Positions 61,535 through 64,000 of a DNA stretch of 64,000 nt are shown piece by piece. Below the pieces are notes generated by a model. The model saw nothing but the letters and a program-made list of their open reading frames with translations. It was not told where the DNA came from and did no database searches. Source of the stretch: Candidatus Hodarchaeota archaeon (GTDB lineage: Archaea; Asgardarchaeota; Lokiarchaeia; Sigyniarchaeales; SOKP01); assembly GCA_048887225.1 (NCBI GenBank), contig JBHLJY010000002.1, positions 160,001-224,000 of the forward strand, given 5' to 3'. Position numbers and translations under genes: made by a program. Numbering within the stretch: position 1 is the first letter of the stretch; each line of letters opens with the position of its first letter.

Positions 61535-62431
61535 ATGCCCCAAAAAATAATAGAAGATCTAAAGAACTTTTTGAAAAGCGCCAAACTTTCGGGTTATGAG
61601 ATAAATGTATATATAACGTTGTTGCTTTCAAATCATTTGACAGCACGAGAATTAAGCGATAAGTCAAATGTTCCTAGTGGACGAATCTACGAGGTATTGG
61701 AGGAATTAAATGAAAAAGGAATGGTTGAAATTCAAGACTCTCGACCAAAAATGTACAGAGCAAAATCGTTTAATTTAGCATTTAAAAACCTTATTTCTTA
61801 TATAACCACTTTAAACAAGAGGAAAGTTTCATATTTAGTTGATCAAGCAAATTTTCTAGAAGCTAACTTATATAATTCCAATCTTTTGGTCAAGAAAGAA
61901 CCTTCAAGAGTTTTTTGGCAGACTGCTTATGGAGCTCAATCAATCATATCGATGTATGTTAAATACTTTCACGAATTACAAGATGAATTGCTAATGATTG
62001 ATTTTATCAATAAAAATACAGTAAAAATCCTTCCTTATGGCAAGAAATTATTTGAAGCTATCAAAAGGGCTCTTGAGCATGGTGTACGAGTAAAAATATT
62101 ATGGTCCTTTGGATTCGATGATAGACCCCTCTCAGACGATCAAAAAGTAAAAAATTTAATACTTTTTAAAGAAATAAGTGAAAAATTGCTCGGACTTTAT
62201 AATTTATCGACAGAAATACATGAATTTGAAATGAAAATCATCCATAAAAGAATTCCATCTTATTATGATATCTTTGATAAAAAGAGAATAATCTTTAAAC
62301 TTCAAAATCCACTAAATCCTTGGCAGATTTTTGCAAGTATGAACGTGTTAGATCTAACTTTAGCAAAAGATTTAAGAGAAAAATACTATGATGTTTGGAC
62401 TTTTGAAGCTTTTGACGAAAATGCTCAATAA
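61535..62431 (+). CDS. TrmB-family transcriptional regulator
   Basis: LSGYEINVYITL, VPSGRIYEVLEEL, RPKMYRA. Confidence 0.92.
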   Translation: MPQKIIEDLKNFLKSAKLSGYEINVYITLLLSNHLTARELSDKSNVPSGRIYEVLEELNEKGMVEIQDSRPKMYRAKSFNLAFKNLISYITTLNKRKVSYLVDQANFLEANLYNSNLLVKKEPSRVFWQTAYGAQSIISMYVKYFHELQDELLMIDFINKNTVKILPYGKKLFEAIKRALEHGVRVKILWSFGFDDRPLSDDQKVKNLILFKEISEKLLGLYNLSTEIHEFEMKIIHKRIPSYYDIFDKKRIIFKLQNPLNPWQIFASMNVLDLTLAKDLREKYYDVWTFEAFDENAQ

Positions 62432-62460
62432 AAATGAGATATATAAAAAAAGAAGATTCT

Positions 62461-62904
62461 TCATTTAATAACATCCGTAATAAAACAGGTTTCTACAATT
62501 CTTATTCCTTCAATTTGGCTGATTTTATCTTCTATCAAAGGATTAAATTGTTCTATTGAGTTAATTTCGATCATCATAAAGAGGCCACAATCACCGCTTA
62601 ATCTCCAAATATTGCTAATTTCTTCAATTTTGTTTAATTCAGCGACAATCCTCTTAATCTCCTTAAAATCAGGTTCAACTTTGACGGTCGCGCGTGTCTT
62701 TGGTTTCGAGTCAATCGAATATCTTATTGTAAACTTCTTAATTACCCCTTCATCGACTAATTTTTTAACGCGACGGCGAACAGTTGCTTCTGTCTTCCCA
62801 ATTTTTTGCGAGATTTCGTTAAACGATATTCGACTATCTTTTTTTAATTCTTCTAAAATCTTAACATCAATAACATCAACAAGTAATTTTTTTCTTGCTT
62901 CCAC
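62461..62904 (-). CDS. Lrp/AsnC-family regulator
   Basis: DVIDVKILEELKKDSR, EATVRRRVKKL, GVIKKFT. Confidence 0.93.
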   Translation of the reverse strand: MEARKKLLVDVIDVKILEELKKDSRISFNEISQKIGKTEATVRRRVKKLVDEGVIKKFTIRYSIDSKPKTRATVKVEPDFKEIKRIVAELNKIEEISNIWRLSGDCGLFMMIEINSIEQFNPLIEDKISQIEGIRIVETCFITDVIK

Positions 62905-63162
62905 TTCTCAATACCTCTTATGACAGTTTTTTTATAATTGTAAAACTTTATAATAAAAAGTGAAAATTAATAATTAAAATTTATCATTTTACTGTTAGGA
63001 ATTTTTAATTATTTTGTCGATTAATCATTATTTTATTAATGAAACTAGTAATTTAATATAAATTTTATTGCTGAAATTAAAAATTTGTTTTCTAAACTGA
63101 TAAGCAAAATTAATAACTTTAAAACAATAAAATTCTTTAATGTAAAAATAGTAAGTATTAAT

Positions 63163-64000
63163 ATGAGCAATTATTTCCTAGGATTGGACTGCTCAACTCA
63201 GAGTTTAAGAGCTGTTGTTATTGATTTTGATTTGGGAGAAATTGTATATAAAACTAACATTAGCTTCGATAATGAATTACCACATTATAAAACACGAAAT
63301 GGCATTATAATTTTTGAAGATCCTAAGGTTGTTCACTCTTATCCTCTTATGTGGGTTGAATCTTTAGAATTCTTATTCGAAAGATTAGATGATAATTCAA
63401 TAGGAAATATTAAAGCAATATCGGGATCTGGGCAACAACATGGAACTGTGTATTTGAATAATAAATTTGAATCAGTGCTTCGTAATTTAAATCCTAATAA
63501 GCCTTTATTTAAACAATTAGAAAATACTTTTTCTCGAAAAACGAGTCCAATTTGGATGGATAGTAGCACGTCTAAACAATGTAAGGAAATTCGCGATATG
63601 GTTGGAGGAATGGAAGCCATTATTAAAATTACTGGCTCTAATACTTTTGAAAGATTTTCTGGTCCTCAAATTAGAAAATTTTATCAAGAAAATCTCGAAG
63701 CTTATAATAAAACTTCAATAATTCATCTTGTTAGTTCATTTATGGCATCGATTTTACTAGGTAAAAATGCTCCAATTGATCACGGAGATGGTGCGGGCAT
63801 GAATCTTATGAACATTAAAACTAAACAGTGGGATGAAATGGCCTTAAATGCAACGGCTCCTAATTTAAAGCATAAACTTATATCTCTTACCAATTCTTAC
63901 GATATTATAGGTAAAATATCTCCTTATTTTGTAAGAAGATACGGTTTTAATCCTAATACTCTTTTAGTTGCCTGGTCTGGGGACAATCCAAATAGTTTAA
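63163..64000 (+). CDS. xylB: FGGY-family xylulokinase, eukaryotic XYLB/XKS1-like (runs off the window)
   Basis: MSNYFLGLDCSTQ, ISGSGQQHG, PIWMDSST, ERFSGPQIRK, HLVSSFMAS, GMNLMNI, SGDNPNS; not in the ORF track. Confidence 0.88.
   Translation, partial: MSNYFLGLDCSTQSLRAVVIDFDLGEIVYKTNISFDNELPHYKTRNGIIIFEDPKVVHSYPLMWVESLEFLFERLDDNSIGNIKAISGSGQQHGTVYLNNKFESVLRNLNPNKPLFKQLENTFSRKTSPIWMDSSTSKQCKEIRDMVGGMEAIIKITGSNTFERFSGPQIRKFYQENLEAYNKTSIIHLVSSFMASILLGKNAPIDHGDGAGMNLMNIKTKQWDEMALNATAPNLKHKLISLTNSYDIIGKISPYFVRRYGFNPNTLLVAWSGDNPNSL

Noticed and set aside
338-63620. Numerous 60-135 aa ORFs antisense to or overlapping longer genes (e.g. 8338..8688, 26405..26812, 57861..58250, 63339..63620)
   Set aside because: Shadow frames of well-supported genes, with no motifs

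Overview
AT-rich, gene-dense chromosomal window from an Asgard archaeon, most likely Lokiarchaeia/Promethearchaeia. This is inferred from an archaeal histone, eS30, a GPN GTPase, an intron-containing tRNA-Trp, a gelsolin, longin/PCI/MIT/BAR-like domains and a eukaryote-like SECIS. Housekeeping genes (proB/proA, asd, LeuB/C/D-family genes, mfnE/mfnF, PanK, xylulokinase) are interleaved with many eukaryotic-signature proteins. Main points: (1) a ubiquitin-like modification locus at 16-24 kb: Ubl, E1, E2, JAMM, a multi-pass membrane RING protein, a soluble RING protein and a proteasome beta subunit, suggestive of an ERAD-like system; (2) selD with an in-frame UGA (Sec) and a 3' AUGA/GA SECIS hairpin; (3) three conserved enzymes whose essential N-terminal motifs lie upstream of any ATG/GTG/TTG, implying ATT/ATC initiation; (4) FAM92-like BAR, cytoplasmic IFT52-like GIFT, MIT, adaptin-like HEAT and prenyltransferase-PCI-longin proteins. 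No CRISPR array, rRNA or transposase was seen. All family assignments are by eye from motifs; no searches were run.
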